DNA from: the human T2T-CHM13v2.0 reference genome, Homo sapiens
Length of the DNA: 64,000 bases
Assembly (NCBI RefSeq): GCF_009914755.1
Contig: NC_060930.1
Direction: 5' to 3' (one strand)
Position 1 is the first letter of the stretch. Every line of letters begins with the position of its first letter. The notes under the pieces were generated by a model. It did no database searches. It was not told where the DNA came from and saw nothing but the letters and a program-made list of their open reading frames with translations. Both the position numbers and the translations under genes were made by a program. Shown in pieces: positions 1-10,640 of the stretch.

Positions 1-669
1 CTCTACCAATTTGAGGTTTTGAACACTCTTTTCCAACCAATTTCTTACCCATTTGGAGGACTATATCTCTCAGTCAGATATATGATATACAGATGAACTC
101 ACTTCCATTTTTTTTCTTTCTCTCTGATTTTTGACATGTGGAGATGGTTTTAGAGTCATTTTCAACTAATTTTTGATTGACGAATATGTCTTTTGTTTAA
201 TGACATTCCTATCCATTAGAATCATAGGTAAGTTTCTAGCTTTGTACTTCTTTCAAAAGTGAGAGACACTGAGTCTTGAAAAATAACTAACAAAATATAA
301 TTTCTCAGGGGGAAAAGCTTTTTAAAAATGTTTGCTTTTCCATTTTAATTCTATCTCTATTATCAGCGAATGTGGAAAACATTTTATTGTCTAATTTAAT
401 GTTAAAGTTATTTTTATAACCAATACATGTGGTGTTTCACGTTATTATTTGTGTAAGAGTTTAGTTAGAATATAGAAAATTCTAATTTTTAAGTAGTGAG
501 AACTTTTATGAAAGAAGAAAATTCCAAAGCTCACACAAGGAAAAATTTCATATAGCTTTTTTTATATTGTACATGGCTTCTGTAATCTGAAAAGTTACAA
601 ATCTATAATAAAATAATATTTTAAAATATCATATTAATTTTATTGTTTTTGTTAATTTCTTTTGTTTTC

Positions 670-1610
670 ATGTTTTAAGATAGAGCAGTTTTAGGTGCAT
701 AGCAAAATTGAGGGGAGTGGAAAGAGACTTCCCATATATCCTTGTCTCCACACAAGCATATCCTCCCCCATTATCAACATTCCTTACCAGTGTAATACAT
801 CTATTACAATTGATGAAGCTTGCATTAGCCATTTTCACACTGCTGTAAAGAACTACCTGAGACTGGGTAATTTATAAAGAAAAGAGGTTTAATTGACTCA
901 CAGTTCCACATGGCCAAAGAGGCCTCAGAAAACTTACAATCATGGCAGAAGACGAAGGGGAAGCAAGCACCCTCTTCACAAGGTGGCAGGAGTGAGAGAG
1001 TGAGGCGGGAAGTGCCGCACTTTTAAACTATCAGATCTCATGAAAATTCACTCACTATCATGAGAACAGCATGGGGGAAATCCACCTCCATGATCCAAAC
1101 ACTTCCCACCAGGTTCTGCCCCTGCCATGTGGGGATTACAATTTGACAGGAGATTTGAGTGGGGACACAGAGCCAAACCATATCAAATCTTCATTGATAC
1201 ATGACACCCAGAGACTATAGTTTACATTAGGGCCCACTCTTGATTTTGAAAATTTTATCTATGGGTTTGGTCAAAAGTATAATTAAATGTATCCATCATT
1301 ATATTATCATACAGAGTATTTTCACTGCCCTATAAATCCACTATCCTCTGCCTATTCATCCTGTCTTCCCACTAACCCCTGGCAACCAATGATGTTTTTG
1401 CTGTCTCCATAGTTTTGCCTTTTCCAGAATATCATGTAATTCAAATCATATAGTATGTAGCTTTTTCAGATTAGCTTTTTTCACTTAGCAGTATGGGTTT
1501 AGGTTTCCTCCATGTCTTTTCGTTGCTTGTTGGCTCATTTCTTTTTAGCACTGAGTCTGGAGGTATCACAGTTTATCCATTTACCTATTGAAGGACATGT
1601 TTGTTGTGCT
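670..1610 (-). mobile_element. Old L1 (L1MC-type) 3' end fragment, split by a THE1 LTR
   Basis: 'agagcagttttaggtgcatagcaaaattgag...' and 'cccctggcaacc...ccttttccagaatatcatg' resemble the antisense L1MC 3'UTR; the sequence resumes co-linearly after 1185. Confidence 0.75.
821..1185 (-). mobile_element. THE1C/D solo LTR (ERVL-MaLR)
   Basis: tgcattagcc...gagactgggtaatttataaagaaaagaggtttaattgactcacagttcc...agccaaaccatatca; 5-bp TSD aagct/aatct. Confidence 0.9.
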
Positions 1611-1813
1611 TGTTTATACTTTATCATAAACATTGTTATCTTTATCACAAGCATTAACAAATCTCTATTAAATCCTTATAATATGCATTGGCCCATAATA
1701 TTCATGTAATGAACATACTTTTAATTTAAACAGGAATCCAGATTGTTGATTTTGGAAGTTTATTTTTAATTAAAACATTCATGTTAATTGTATTCCTTTT
1801 TTGTCTCTTTTAG

Positions 1814-1913
1814 TTTTAATTTTATCATGGTGTTTAGCACTAGGAATGTTAGTAAAAAATTTAAGTTAGAAGAAGCTACAGAAGCCCAGAAACTTAAACA
1901 TGAAAGAGGCTGA
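1814..1913 (+). CDS. Candidate terminal coding exon (xFNFIMVFSTRNVSKKFKLEEATEAQKLKHERG*), gene unidentified
   Basis: Polypyrimidine tract + AG at 1812-1813 (alternative in-frame AG at 1836-1837), purine-rich open frame to TGA 1911-1913, AATAAA at 2030-2035 then T-rich sequence; no homology recognised. Confidence 0.3.
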
Positions 1914-2135
1914 TGGCAGACAGAGATACATACTGCTGGGCTTGCCATATGCTCTACAGGTTTCTTTTACTCCCTGTCAACAAATACTATTTTTGTTCTT
2001 CACTTTTTATCAACAGAATTGAGGGACATAATAAAGAGTTATAATTATGTTCGTTATTTAAGATATTTCTTTTCTTTCTGGTTTCTGCAACAGAGTGAAA
2101 ATACCAGTTTAAAAATATTGTGATTCTATTTTCAG

Positions 2136-2200
2136 AAAAAAAAAACACCTCTGTTTGCATCTGTAGACAAAGATCTGTTCAGAATGGTTGGCTTTGTGAG
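2136..2200 (+). other. Candidate 65-nt internal exon
   Basis: Acceptor ttctattttcag| at 2135 and consensus donor GAG|gtaagt at 2200/2201; two of three frames open. Confidence 0.45.
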
Positions 2201-2609
2201 GTAAGTTTATGAAGAACTTTCACTTACTATTTTAGTCATTAAAATTTTTTTAACAGGATTATATATGATTTTTGTAATCTAAAAGTGTTACAAATTAGTA
2301 ATAAAGATAATAATTTTTGTTATTTTTATTAATGTTTTTTATTTCTTATTAACATTTTAACAATATGATCATTATAATTATCTTTATAACCAACACTAAC
2401 AAACATTAAATATTTGTAACAGTGCCTTTTGGATTAACTGTTGTCCTGGCTTTTAAGAAGTTTTATGGGTGGTAGAAAAATTGAAATTCATTTTGAAAAC
2501 ATAAAAACTTAGCTATTTTAGCTTTAAGCTTGACTATTTTGATAACAAATGGCTCTGAGTTCTGTTACAAATGACCTAAAAGTTAAATATATCAGAAATC
2601 ACTTATAAG

Positions 2610-2730
2610 TAGGGTGGCTATGTAGTTTACCCTCAAATCAGGACAGTTTTGGAGTGAAGGGGATTGCTATTAATAGTTACTCTAGGCAACAGGCCTCAAA
2701 TGGGACTGTCCCAGGCAAACCAGAACATAT
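2610..2730 (+). mobile_element. MER94 (hAT-Blackjack MITE)
   Basis: tagggtggctatgtagttt...gagtgaagggg...gggactgtcccaggcaaacc matches MER94. Confidence 0.75.
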
Positions 2731-3499
2731 AGAAATTATGACTCTATTAATCAACTGAAAATAAAATACTAATAAAACAGATATAGAAAAGCTTATTTAA
2801 AATCTATTTTGATGAATATAGTTTAATATAGAATTGTTCTGATGTTAAGTTCAGAACACTTTTTTAGGTTTCATGTTAATATTTCAAGGGATACATGAGA
2901 AATGTGTTATTAGTCTAGTATATTGTGGGTGGCCATTTCAATGATCTCCAGGGGGTGCATAATTGAGCTACCCAAAGGGCCTCATTATGAGGCTGTTTTC
3001 TATTACCTCACCAAGGACCTGATACCACTGAAAACAATGCTCCAATGTGATAGTGGGTATAATTTTTCATCTAGGAATGCACTTTTAGCTTACCTCCTAC
3101 AGTGATCTACTATTTGTCTATCAGAACTTTGTTGATATAGTTCATCTGTGTAGAAATTATTTGCAATCCATTTAAACAGAGGGAGAGAGACAAAGGGAGG
3201 GATTGGGGCAAGGGTGCTGTTTAAGTCTGAGATAACTCTTAAAGAAAAAGATAATCTATTGTATTTGAAAAGGCATTTTTTACTCATTATTCTGCTAAGT
3301 AATCCTACTTATCATGTATTTAAAAAGACAAGGCAATTTCCCACTGAATGTGGTAAAAATAAAAAGGCTATAAAAAGAAAACAATTTAGTGTCAAGACAT
3401 CCTACTGTGTTTGCTTATGTGTTTGTAAATCTGTCTATAATATCATTGCTTAAAAAATAGCCTACTGTACCAGGTACATGGAAACCTTTCAAAGCTCCA

Positions 3500-4400
3500 T
3501 AGACATATTTTAAAGATAGTAATTGTCATTTTCTATCTGGCCAACTGCTGGGATCCGATTGGTCATTACCTTATTTCAGGGGAAGCTTCAAAAGCTAATC
3601 AGAGGTGTTATCAGCTATGACTTCTACCGCTGCTGCACAGGAAACTTAACAATAAAGCAAAAGCTGTAAATTCAGGATTTATTTTTTGTAAGGATGTGGC
3701 TTATGCTTGGAAGATTAATGAGGAATTCCTGGTCTACTGTTTATTAAAGATCTCACCATTCTATAGCATTTTAATTGTATAGTCACTCTTTGACATCCTA
3801 ACTAATGGTTCTTGCTAAATTAATAAAAGCAACATATTAAGTCTAAATCCCAGATAAGGTAAAGATTGCCGTTTTAATATCCCATCTATATCCTTTATCT
3901 TTCTACAGGGGCTTTCAGGCCAGTAGTTTTAATAACATGCATGAATGAAGATGCTCTTTTTTAACTCAAATGGTGGCAAAGAGTTTTTCCTTTATATTAG
4001 CACGCAATCAATTCCAATAGCTTTTTAATGCTTTCTTAAAGAATCAATTTTAAAGCAGAAGCTCTTCAGGGGACCCTCTTAAACTTCTTCACAGCCGGTC
4101 TCCTAATTTTCTATTACAATGCAATCTAAAGCAGCTACAAAAATAATGCAGATAATGTTTGCTGGGTAATGATTTCCAATTTCCCCATTCCATGTACCCT
4201 GTTATTAGAAGGATCATCTTGGTTGTGTAAATTAATTTTCAATTCACTTCAGGGGAACATTACAATGATTTATTCAGCCTTGGTGTTGAAGAAAGTGTTG
4301 GGAGGATTTCAGCAATCTGAGAAACAAAATCAATTTGTTCTGATTATCACCATGTTAAAGGGGAAAAAAGGATAAAAACAAAAGAATCACTCAAATGTGT
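3500..4400. promoter_or_regulatory. Candidate conserved non-coding enhancer
   Basis: Repeat-free and non-coding; contains CCAAT, SOX (AACAAT/ACAATG), PBX-HOX (TGATTTAT 4266-4273) and many TAAT sites; conservation not verifiable here. Confidence 0.4.
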
Positions 4401-4949
4401 GTCTTGACTGTAGCATACACACTAGCACCATGATTTGATGCTAGGATGTCACTCTGTAATACAAAAACTGAACAAAAGAATGGTGTTTGGTAATACATCG
4501 CTACTTGGAAATTAAGTAATCGAATAGCCAGGTTATTCCTCCATATGATATTTTAGTTATATGCCTTTGAGGCAGGATAACTGTTCGTATTTCCTTGGAA
4601 GAGAAAAGTAACACAGCAGCTTATAATCAAGAAGGAATAGTTTCCCTAAGCATAGTATAACTAGCTAGTTAGTTTGATTTTTTTAAAAGTTAAAACAGGG
4701 GCCATGATATCAATATATCATAACCATGAGACATACAACATTTTTTATCATAATTTATCTCACAAAAGTTTTTCCAGGGCTGTGTATGAACTATGGTTTT
4801 TATAATATTGTAGAAAGGTCATTCTTTGTAAAGGTTTTACTGACCTTTTACTTTAGTCAGTTTGTAAGTGTGCCAGTCACTTGGGTCAATTTCAATCGTG
4901 CCCAGGTGTGAATGCAAATTGCCAATATCATTCACTTCTCCAGATCACT

Positions 4950-5385
4950 TACCATTCAGCAAATACTTATGAGCCTCTACACTGTGCTGTGCACTGTAGT
5001 GAGAGCTACAGAGATGAAGAAAAACAAAAGCAAATGCTGTAAAATGATTGCTTACCTGTTGTAAATGTATCAAAACCTCTGAAGACGAGGTTCATGATAC
5101 TATAAAGGCATATAATATAATTATCTAACCATGTCAGGAAGACCAGAGTAGGTTTCCCAAGGAGGTGATGGTTGAGTTCCTGAAATCTGAAGGATAGGGG
5201 TGAATTAATCAGGAAATGAGAGGAAGGGAACACTGTTCTAGGACAAGAAACAGGATCAGATTTGCATTTTGAAAAGAATACCTTGACTGCATTGTGGAGA
5301 ACAAACTGCGGAAAGGCAGAATGCATGCACAGATTCAGACAGGAGGCTGTGGCCATAGCCTAGAAAAAGATGAAACATGCTAGGG
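4950..5385 (-). mobile_element. L2 fragment
   Basis: cattcagcaaatacttatgagcctctacactgtgc (antisense L2 3' end), then gatcagatttgcattttgaaaag. Confidence 0.7.
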
Positions 5386-5764
5386 TAGATTTATTATTTT
5401 TCCAAGCCTCTGCCACCCATCTGTGGGTGGCTAGGCTGGACATTCCTTTCTTGATTACTCTGTAGCTCAAGATGAAGGCATGGATCTGTGTGCACTGAAG
5501 TGAAGTGGGCTTTTTGACTCCAGAAACTAGGCACCTGCAGAATAAAACAAAATATGCAGACTAGTGGGAGTGAATTTGGAATACTGACTGAGACGTGCAG
5601 GGTCACGGAAAGACCCAGAAGTGTGAGATTGACTATTATTTTGAAGTAGTATGCAGAAATTTTCTTGTTTTAATAGATTATTTTTATTGATAGCACAAGC
5701 TTTACTTCGGCCTGGCTTTGCTTCTGAGTTGGAGCCCACCTTCTCTTTCCAGTGAGAAGTGCTC

Positions 5765-5985
5765 TAGTGAAGTGATTAAGTACTCACAGTCTATACTCAG
5801 CTTAGCACAAAGCCAGGTTCTCTCCCTGCTCTATGACTTCCTTCCACCAGCTCTATGACTTGGGAAGTTACCTAATCCTCGAGTTCAGTTTCTTCATGTG
5901 TAGGGTAAGGATGCTCAGTGCCCGCTTCCTAGTGAGCTTGTGAGGAGTAGTTGAGATAATGCTTGAGAAGCTCAAGCAGAACCCC
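5765..5985 (+). mobile_element. MIR
   Basis: MIR core tatgacttgggaagttacctaatcctcgagttcagtttcttcatgtgtag. Confidence 0.7.
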
Positions 5986-7083
5986 TGCTTTGTACTATGC
6001 AGGCTGCACACCTGTGCTTGGATTAATCCACAGTTGTTTGCATCGAGATGAGCAAGCAGGAAAAAGATGTTTTGGCATCAGCTGGTGGTGGCATTGGGTC
6101 AGAGTTACAGTCACAACAGTGTCAATCTAGGTCAGGAAGGTTTAAATGACACAGGCTTGGCACTTATATGCCACTCAGGATAGATGAGTCCCAGGGATCC
6201 AGGAAGCAGGGCAGTGGCAAAGCAAGTTTACTGAAGATCGTCAGTAAGGAACACAGAATTACTGTAGGAGAGCTGACTGGCACTAGAATCCTCAGGTCAA
6301 GATGGAGCTCTGTGGCAGTGGTCACTGAGACTGCAGCTGGTGGTTTCTGTTTACTTTGTAATGGCTCTCTATAAGACCTGCTCTCAGGATACTCACTTTT
6401 GTCTCGTCAGACCTCTCAAGCTCTCAGGCCTCCACAGTACTGCCTGTAGAGCTCTAAGAAAAGGTGGTACCTAAGCACTGGATACTGGAGTCTGGACTCA
6501 TGTGCACTGTTCTCCTGTCTAAGAGCTGGGCAAAGGCCTGGGCCGTAAGGATCCTGTACAAGTCCCACCTCCTCCATTATCAAATGTAATCTGACCTGTT
6601 GATATGATTTTCAGCGTTAGATTATCCTCAGAGTAAATACATCAAAGAAGCCTAAACGCAGGAACATTATTTATTATGGAAATGTAGAAGGTTGTCTTCT
6701 ACATTTGTAGAATGAGTCCAATGTAGAAGGAAGTCTTTTTCATAATCATAAAGAGGAGTTAGGAGTAGGTTAGGTTATATATGAAATTGAAACATGACCT
6801 AAATGGAAATTATATGAAAACCCCAGATTCCCTCTTTAGCATGATCACCATTATTGTTCTCTCAACAATGCCAACTTACATGAATAATTAATCTGTGTGT
6901 ATGTATGTGACTATTAAGTTGGGCTGTTGAAAAAAAAAGGAAGTTTTTTTCTAGTGTTTTAAATTTTATTAATGTTAAATGGTGTTGTGGCAGATACGAG
7001 TATTGCATATTTGAAAACTGTATTTGTAAGAGTTAGTGTATAGATTTTTTAAATGCCAGCAATTTTTCCCCATGCATTCCTAG

Positions 7084-7165
7084 ATCCATTATGAAGGTTG
7101 TCAAAGGAGAAGAATCCATCATGATTTCAAAGGAAATCAAAGAACATGACAAGCTACAGTATTAA
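7084..7165 (+). CDS. Candidate alternative terminal exon (xSIMKVVKGEESIMISKEIKEHDKLQY* or IHYEGCQRRRIHHDFKGNQRT*)
   Basis: Acceptor tttttccccatgcattcctag| at 7083; purine-rich exon-like sequence; stops at 7147-7149 or 7163-7165; AATAAA 7192-7197 followed by a TG-rich element; phase-compatible with 2136-2200. Confidence 0.3.
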
Positions 7166-8624
7166 TCTCCTGATTCTTTTTGAGTTTTAAGAATAAACTG
7201 ACAGCTTGAGTTAGAAGTAATCATATTTAAATATTCTGTGTGTGTGGGAGACATTACCTCCACTTACCTAATCTTTCAAATCTATATAAAAGTGAAACCT
7301 GTCTGCTGGTTTACTAATGTGTCATGTGAAAAAGGATATGTGGATTGTCACCAAATTTGTATTGTAAGTTTGGAATGGCCTGATGTAAAAATGTAAGCTG
7401 TGTAGGTATCATCTACAAGATTCACTAGGAGGGCTCTGAAGACTATGTCAAAGAAAGAGGTAGCCACCCTCCAGAGAAGCTGAAAATGAGGATGGATATT
7501 TTTCACTAAATATGAAAGATATGTGGGATACCATCTGACTTTAAAAAATCAACTATGACATACTTGAAATTCTTTTTGAGGGAACCTGAGGACACTTAAG
7601 AGAGAGAGAGAAATTCAACTTTCAGAGGTTGAAAACAGGGTTCAAATCAAGGCCCAATTGCTGCTGCTCAGTAGAAAAGAACCATCCTATGTTTGAGGTC
7701 ACGCTGGGTGGTGAAACCAATCAGTGCTTTTAACAAATGATGGGAGAGATGCTCAGAATTCCAGGCACTGGTTTGACTTGAGCTGCTTCTTACATGAGTA
7801 ACTCTGTTTCTTACTCAAGTGAATTGTAGAATTATAGCAAGGAGTTTTAAAATATGTATCTGTTTTTAAAATGGAATCAGGGTTAGTGAATTTCCTAATG
7901 TAAGTTAGGAAGTCCAGCTAAGAGGTAACATAAAAACCTCTTAGAAATGAAGCATCCAATAATCAGAAATAATAATTGAAATTAGTTTTTAAGAAGATCA
8001 GTCTAATGAAGAACCAAATATTAAAGGAGGGCGTGAAAGAGATGAAAATAAGCAATATAGAGTATAAGGGCAAGTCCTCCTCCTTCTTTTCTCTTTTCTA
8101 AAATTCCTCCTTATCTTTATATTCCACTACCTTACAAACTGAATATATAAATTGGACAATGGAGGATAAAATTCAGAATAAAGATCTAACAAGTGTAGTT
8201 AATGAATAGATTTATCTGAAGCTGGTATGTTAGTCATTTTAAACAAGTGCTAAATCTACTTCTGAATTTCAACACAAACAAAATAAAGTATGATGAGGTT
8301 TTGATTCATATTGTGTCAAAAGAAAAAACTTTTTCCTGGCACTGCATACTAAAATATTTTATTATGCGATGTCCAATAACCACAAATACAACAATAATTA
8401 AAACATTACACAACATCTATTATGTTAATACTTCCATTAATTCTGTTTATAATTCAGTTAATAATTCTGAGTTCTCTTTCTAAACCACACTTAGAATGAA
8501 CTTCATACTTAATACCATTACTAACATTCCTGAACACATCTTTTGCTGTTGTGTCTCACTTATTGCCTTAAGCATGCTAAATTTGCACTTTTTGTTATTT
8601 ACATACATATATATATTTATATAT

Positions 8625-8806
8625 AACCTTCACAACAATCCTATGAGGTAAGTAATATTACTAACCCACTTTAAAGATGAAAGTATTGAAGCATAGAGGA
8701 ATTAAGCAATTTGCCCAAAGCCACCCAATTAAAAAGGGGGAACCAGGATTTGAGTACAAACCATCTCACTTTAGTCAGTGTTCTTAACTATTATGCTACA
8801 CTGCCT
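8625..8806 (-). mobile_element. MIR
   Basis: cacaacaatcctatgaggtaag...aagatgaaagtattgaagcatagagg...ttgcccaaagccac. Confidence 0.75.
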
Positions 8807-8918
8807 ATGTATACATCTAAAATGTATAGCGTATGTATATAAATGTGTGTATCTGTATATGTCTCTCTATATAGATATACACATGAAATATCTAATAAAC
8901 CAATAATCTTGGATCATC

Positions 8919-9408
8919 TGTTGTCAACTTAGCATCCCACAACCCCTTTCCAAGATTATTTCTGCACTGTAGAGAAGAAGCCAGGTATCATATTTCCCAG
9001 AATCCTCTTTTCCGTGTTGCTTCAGTTTACAGCTGGCCGATGAGAGGTGCTGCATGATATTGGAAGATGGGACAGAAGGAACCAGTATTCTGCAGAGGCA
9101 GTTGCATGAGCAGATATGAAATGTCCTGGAGGCTCCCCCAGTAAGCTGAGAAGCACCTGCTTTCCCACTATAGACTGAGACCACTGATGGAAGCTTCCCA
9201 GAGATTTGAGAATTGCAGAAGCTTCTGTGAGCTATGAAGAACAACGTGACTTTGACCTTCAGACTGAGATATAGCTGGAGGCTGCTTTGACCTTCTTTCC
9301 CACAGCTCTTTTGACCTTTCTAAAGCCCCAAACCCTATCTTAAAAATGACAAATATGGAATGCAAAGAGCAGCTTTTCTTTTTCTGATCATGGCCTTAAT
9401 GTAATACA
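8919..9408 (+). mobile_element. Old ERVL LTR (LTR33-like)
   Basis: TG...ACA termini, catatttcccagaatcc and ggccgatgagaggtgc motifs; highly diverged. Confidence 0.5.
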
Positions 9409-9419
9409 ATAGTGAAACC

Positions 9420-9670
9420 GTCTAGCATAGTGATTAAGAACATTGGCTGTAGAATTAGACATATTTAGTTTAGCATTTTGATTCTACCCCAAACTGGCAA
9501 AGTTACTGAATGTATCTAAATTTTAATTTGCTCATTTGTAAAATATGGCTAATAATAGTACTATTTTTTAGCTCATTTATAAAGTATGGATAATAATAGT
9601 GCCTATTTTAGGGAGTTCTGAATATTAAAAGAAGTAAACCATGTAAAGCACTTAGCACAGTGCTGGATAC
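9420..9670 (+). mobile_element. MIR with an internal ~41-bp tandem duplication
   Basis: agcatagtgattaagaac...gtaaagcacttagcacagtg; duplicated block 9530-9570 / 9571-9610. Confidence 0.75.
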
Positions 9671-9834
9671 TAACAATCGTTATTGTGATCTAACTATAAT
9701 TTTGCTTAAAAACATTTGTTCAAGTTTTCTTATATCATCTCCTCTATAAATATGAGAATTTAACATGAAATTTTAACTCTACAAGTTAAATGGGAGCTAA
9801 AATAATATTGTGCAGCCTGTTCTTTTTGAAGCAT

Positions 9835-10640
9835 TTTTAATGAATAAATTAATTTTCCTAAAATAAAAAGGTACTGTAGGCTCATTGTAAAAAGTTAAGA
9901 ATACAGAAATGTATAAAGTCTAAAATCAGTGAGTCTCCACCACTGCATAGTGACTATTTACAGTTCTGTGTCTATTTTTCTATACCTTCTTATATGCATA
10001 TGTATACTTATATACACTTAAAAACAAGATGAAATTATACTTTCTTTTTTCACATTTTTAACTTAGCAATTAATCTTTACAGATTCATACATAGAAAAAA
10101 CTACTTTAGTCTTTTTAATGGCTACATGGTATTCCTTTGTATTACTATGCCAGACTTAGCCTTCTCTCAATGAGTATTAAGGTTATTTCCAATTTATCTG
10201 CACTGTAAAAAGTTTCAAGCCTGGCATAGTGGATCATGCCTGTAACCCCAATACTTTGGGAGTCTGAGGTGGGAGGCTCTCTTGAGCCCAGGAGTTTGAG
10301 ACCAGCTTGGGCAACAAAATGAGACTTCATCTCTAGGAAAAAAAAAATTAGCCAAGTGTGGTGCTGTGCTCTTATAGTCACAGCTACTTTGGAGGCTGAG
10401 GTAGGAGGATTGCTTGAGTCCAGGAGGTGGAGGCTGCAGTGAGCCATGATCATGTCACTGCACTCCAGCATGGGCAACAGAGCAAGACACTATCTCTCTT
10501 AAGAAAAGAAAGTTTCAGTCAACGTCCATGCAACTTTGTAAAAAATGCAATAATTTCCTTAGAATAAATACTTGCCCCTGCAGTTTCTAGGTCATATAAC
10601 ATGTGCATTCTCAATTTTAGTTCATATTGTCAGGTGTCCA
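9835..10640 (-). mobile_element. L1ME-type 3' fragment interrupted by AluJ
   Basis: gctcattgtaaaaagttaagaatacagaaatgtataaag and tttttaatggctacatggtattcc are typical of the antisense L1ME 3' end. Confidence 0.55.
10218..10508 (+). mobile_element. AluJ (Jo/Jr-like)
   Basis: Dimeric Alu with J diagnostics (ttgagcccaggagtttgag, gaggctgcagtgagccatgatc); TSD core aaagtttca. Confidence 0.9.

Noticed and set aside
1-96. Open frame LYQFEVLNTLFQPISYPFGGLYLSVRYMIYR*
   Set aside because: Short, cut by the window edge, with no recognisable homology
6000-6600. GC-richer stretch that could be an old LTR (similar stretches at 17330-17600, 18200-19000 and 50290-50720)
   Set aside because: No diagnostic termini or motifs that I could assign; needs a Dfam search
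6697-6712. ttctaca-tt-tgtagaa resembles a Cas12a repeat stem
   Set aside because: Primate DNA with no regular repeat-spacer array and no cas genes
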